Of a stretch of DNA of 64,000 nucleotides, positions 59,819-64,000 are shown piece by piece. The DNA comes from Callorhinchus milii (lineage: Eukaryota). Position 1 is the first letter of the stretch. Every line of letters starts with the position of its first letter. The stretch spans positions 137,208,001 through 137,272,000 of the forward strand of contig NW_024704742.1 in NCBI RefSeq assembly GCF_018977255.1. The letters run 5' to 3'. The notes beneath the pieces are model-generated. The model had not been told where the DNA came from. It was given only the letters and a program-made list of their open reading frames with translations, and made no database searches. The translations under genes and the position numbers were made by a program.

Positions 59819-60289
59819 GTAAGTCGGTGGGAGGGAAAAGCGGCGCCAAAAGCAGCGGCCGAGGGCGGCCCCGGGGAGCGGCGAGGGCGGATGGAGAGAG
59901 AGCGCGAGTGAGAGAGAGAGCAGGAGGGCGGGGAGTCTTAACAGAAAGTAAATGATAGTAATAGTGAAAAGCCGCGTTTTGCGCAGAGCGACAACAGTGA
60001 GTGAGAGAGTGAGTGTGAGAGAGAGAGAGGGGAGAGGTGGCGGCGCGGCCCTATTGGCGGCGGAGACCCGAGAGAGAGGGAGAGAGAGGGAGAGACCAGA
60101 CCCCGAATTAAAGACAAAGCCTTTTAAGTTTCGAAATCCTCGGCCCTGTACTCCCCCCACAATGAATTACCGTTAAAAATATAATAATAATAATCCCGGC
60201 GTTTGATAATATGGCGCGTCTTCAAGACGTCTCGAAGCGCTTCACAGGATATACTGCAAAGTGTAGTGACTGTGTATCTTACAGGCGAC

Positions 60290-60735
60290 TTCCCTCCCCC
60301 CCCTTGACTTCTCCCCCCCATCACCTCTCCCCCCCCCACCCCCTCGACCTCCCCCCCATCCCCTCATCTCTCCCCCCCTCCCCCCTAACCTCTCTCCCCC
60401 ATCCCCTCATCTCTCCCCCCCTCCCCCCTAACCTCTCTCCCCCCCTCCCCACAACCCCTGACCTCTCCCCCCTGACCTCCACCCCCCACCTCTCCCCCCC
60501 CACCTCTCCCCCCCCCCCCAGACCTCTCCCCCCCCCAGACCTCTCCCCCCCAGACCTCTCCCCCCCCTGACCTCCACCCCCCCTGACCTCTCCCCCCCCT
60601 GACCTCTCCCCCCCTGACCTCTCCCCCCCCCGACCTCTCCCCCCCCGACCTCCCCCCCCCAACCTCTCCCCCCCAGACCTTTCCCCCCCGACCTCTCCCC
60701 CCACCCCGACCTCCCCCCCCACCCAACCTCTCCGC
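60290..60735. repeat. C-rich minisatellite (GACCTCTCCCCCCC-like) in PIAS2 intron 1
   Basis: Tandem C-run units. Confidence 0.85.
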
Positions 60736-63700
60736 CAGTTTCGCCTGTTTTAAACAATGCCGTTTTTATGTGCGCAGTTTCTTTTTTTTGGTATATTTTT
60801 GGCGGGTGTATATGTGGGGGGGTTGGGGTTGGGGGGTGTTGGGTGGGGGCGGTTGGGGTGGGGGGTTGGGTGGGGGGGTGTTGGGGTGGGGGCGGGTGGG
60901 GTGGGGGTTGGGGTGGGGGGGGTTGTGGCGGTTAAATTACGGGTGTTATTTTCCAACAATCTTTGTGTCGTTAATGAAATGAGGCGCAGATTTTGGTTTG
61001 TCTGTTAAAAAAAAATTAAAAAGTCTCCCTTCATTTGTTGTCGGAAGGCAATTTGTCCGTTCATTCATCCCAAAGGATTCAACACATACGAACTGACGAT
61101 CATAGTTGTCCTGCCTTGTTTTTTTTTAAAATGATAATATATTAATAATAATAATCCTTGCATTCAAAATAGCGCTTTTCACGTCTTCTCGACGTCTCAA
61201 AGCGCTTCACAGAATAGACCGTGAAGTGAATTGACGGTATATTTGTGGGTGAAACGCGGCGGCCAATTAATTGCATCCCACACGCCGTCGTGGAATGAGT
61301 GGCCAATTTATTTTGTAAGTTTAGTTAGAACACATAGTTCTCCAAGGGTGTGGACTATAGCTTTTAATATGTTTTTAAAAATATGAGGAATGTGCTATAA
61401 AAGCGGAAGTAATTATTACTAAATCATTGATGGCAGGAGGGAAAATCGTACAGTTTTGCTCATTGTTTTCATCTCCCTCGCCTCCCTCTTGAAAGTGGTT
61501 AGCAGGTGAGTAATCAGACGTTTTGCCTTTCTCTACATTTTGTCTCGCGATCAACAATAATAATTTAATAATAGTAATAGACCCCAGGACTATTGAGCAA
61601 ACTGTATGTTTTTTTTCCAAAACTTTAAATTTGTCGGCCCGGCTTTCAACCACTGTATCTCTGCTCTCAGAAATTACATTCAGAATATCTTACTTTCAAA
61701 ACCGTCCTAAAAAACTTTCTCGCCTTCATATTCCCCCTTCGCTTCTAGTGTTCTACGTGAACGGCACTATGTAACTTTTACTAATTGACAGTAGGAAAGA
61801 TTCATTGATGTTTGGAGGAAAACGCATCTTTTAGGCTCAGGATTCCTCTTTTTTTTCCTCACCCAACTTTGCTCTCAGAGAAAGAGGGAGAGCTGACTCC
61901 ACACAGAGCCTAATAATAATCCCTCCAAAAACAAAACGATAATAAATTGGTCATTTTCCAATTTCCCACGACTGTTTGTGGGACGCTGTTGTGCGCAATT
62001 GGCTGCTGCGTTTCGCCCACAAATGTACAGTCAATTCACTTTACAGTATATTCTGTGAAGCGCTTTGAGACATTGAGAAGATGTGAAAAGCGCTGTATCA
62101 AATGCAAGGATTATTATTATTATAAGTTGGTAGCACACTTGCTTTAGAGTCAGAAGGTTATGGGTTCAAGTTCCACTTCTGGACTTTGAACCCGAGTCTA
62201 GACTGACACTCTAATACAGTTTGGGGGGAGTGCTGCATTATCAGAGATGCCATCCTTCGGATGAGATGTTTGCCTATTCAGGTGGTCATTCAGGATCCCA
62301 TGGTACTATTGGAAAAGAGAAGGGAGTTTCCTGGTGTTCTAACTAAATGGCCAAAAAAGTGGAATTAACTTCATGGTTGTTTGTGGGACATTGCTGTACA
62401 CAAATTGACTGCCGTACTCCCCCATAAAATACTATCATTATGATTTACAGTAAACCGTGTGAAGCCCGGAATTTAGAATTGATGTGACTGATGTAATGGA
62501 GGCAAATGTGACGGTTACAAAGAAAGGTGATTATCTGCACTCCTTGAGACCGGCCCCACTGAATAAAAATACAGCGTAACTAATTGGACACAACATAAAG
62601 TATACAGTGCTAATTTAAACAAAATTGCTCCGTCTGGAATTATACTGTCACTTTAATACCACACCGAGCCCTTTGCAATAATACTTTTTACATCTGACAC
62701 ATTATTCATGTCAGGAGGACGTCTCGGTGGTAATTGCTGCGTATTTTGTAAGAGGTGTAAAAATAAAGTACTGTATATAAGTAAACTTGCAGTAGCCAAA
62801 AAAATTCAGTTTTTGTCGGGTTTTCCAGTTTTGAAATTAATTCCTATTGTCACAAATTTCCAAAAAGAAATCTTGTGTCTGTGCGGAAAGCTGCGTGCAT
62901 GCACGTGAGGACGTTATTCAAACTGCATTGCATCCAGCAACCTCACATGCACATGGAAAAATCGGACTTCCGCACAACATAATTTGTTTTGCAAGCATTG
63001 TAGCGTGTGTTCGATTGATTTCCGAGTTTCGCCCACAAAATAGTCAATTCACATTACAGTATATTCTGCGAAACGCTTTCAGACGTCTTGAGAATGTGAT
63101 AAGGCGCTATATCAAATGTAAGGACGAGTATATATATATAATCTCTAAAAAATATTATGGTGTCAAACAAATGCAAGTTGTGTGAGTAACCAGTATTATA
63201 CTGTAATTTGATTCAAGAATGCCCTACAAACAGCAATGAGGGTGTGGGTTTTGCTGTGCATAAAATGGCTGCTGTTTTCCTATGAAATCCACACTATATG
63301 TGATATTAATTGTTATGACAGGCATTTTACCGTTTAAATCTCAATACGAACTTTGTTCTTCCTTGTCCTGGGTGTGCAGCTCACTGATACGCTTCTGTTT
63401 CTGCATTTTACTTGCAATCTAAGAATTTGTTTGAAAAATAGTGTTTCTGTGAAAATGTAAGAGAATGAGCGTATTGTCCCTAATGATTAAGCTTCAGCCC
63501 TGAAAATGAGTAATTCCAGAGAGGCTCTTATAGAAATGTATAAGATTCTAAATGAGACTGACAAAATAAACACTGATTAATACTTTCAGATACACTAAGG
63601 CAGCAGGACAAGAGGGCGCAGTTTCAGGGCTGCAAAGGGCAAATTCAGCACAAACGCTAGAATGTGTTCTTCACACAGACGAGAGTTAGTTGGTAGCACT

Positions 63701-64000
63701 CTTGTCTCTGAGTCAGAGGATAGCGGGTTCAATTGCCACGTCAAGACTTTGAAATCATATGGTATAGGCTATATACTAGCCACTCAATGCAGAGCTGGAG
63801 GAGCACTGCGTTGTTGGACATGTCATCTTTCAGATGAGATGTTAAACCCAGGTCCCATCTGCCTGATCAGGTGGATGTTAAAGCACCCACGGCACTATTT
63901 GAAAAGGGAAGGGAGTTTTTGGTGCTGTAGCAAACAGCCCCCGCAGATACAATTGGTCACTTGCTCTATGGCTGTCTGTGTGATATTGCTCTTTGCAAAT

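Noticed and set aside
59819..64000. PIAS2 exon 2 (SAP domain)
   Set aside because: No matching peptide seen; the region is intronic SINE and AT-rich sequence.

Overview
Repeat-rich vertebrate genomic DNA, most likely a cartilaginous fish such as a chimaera (inferred from the tRNA-derived SINE, L2 and CR1 content). The right half (30.9-64 kb) holds three genes in the order known from human 18q21: complete HDHD2 (+, 6 coding exons, 259 aa), complete KATNAL2 (-, 16 coding exons, about 534-536 aa) and exon 1 of PIAS2 (+). The left half (1-29.7 kb) is not simple junk. It is a set of segmental duplications, including a large palindrome, embedded in (CA)/(GA) satellite. It carries repeated, shuffled exon cassettes derived from the myosin V motor domain (switch II/relay-helix exons), a promoter-like X-box/CCAAT 5' module with a spliced 75-codon ORF, and a polyA-bearing terminal segment. 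I could not rebuild a long intact ORF from these cassettes, so they may be a pseudogene array or a young chimeric transcription unit. Also seen: a GC donor and a mutated acceptor in KATNAL2, a solo LTR, L2 insertions with empty sites in paralogous copies, and a tandem E-box array upstream of PIAS2. Almost all long ORFs in the supplied track are microsatellite artefacts. Homology calls rest on recalled protein sequences, not database searches.
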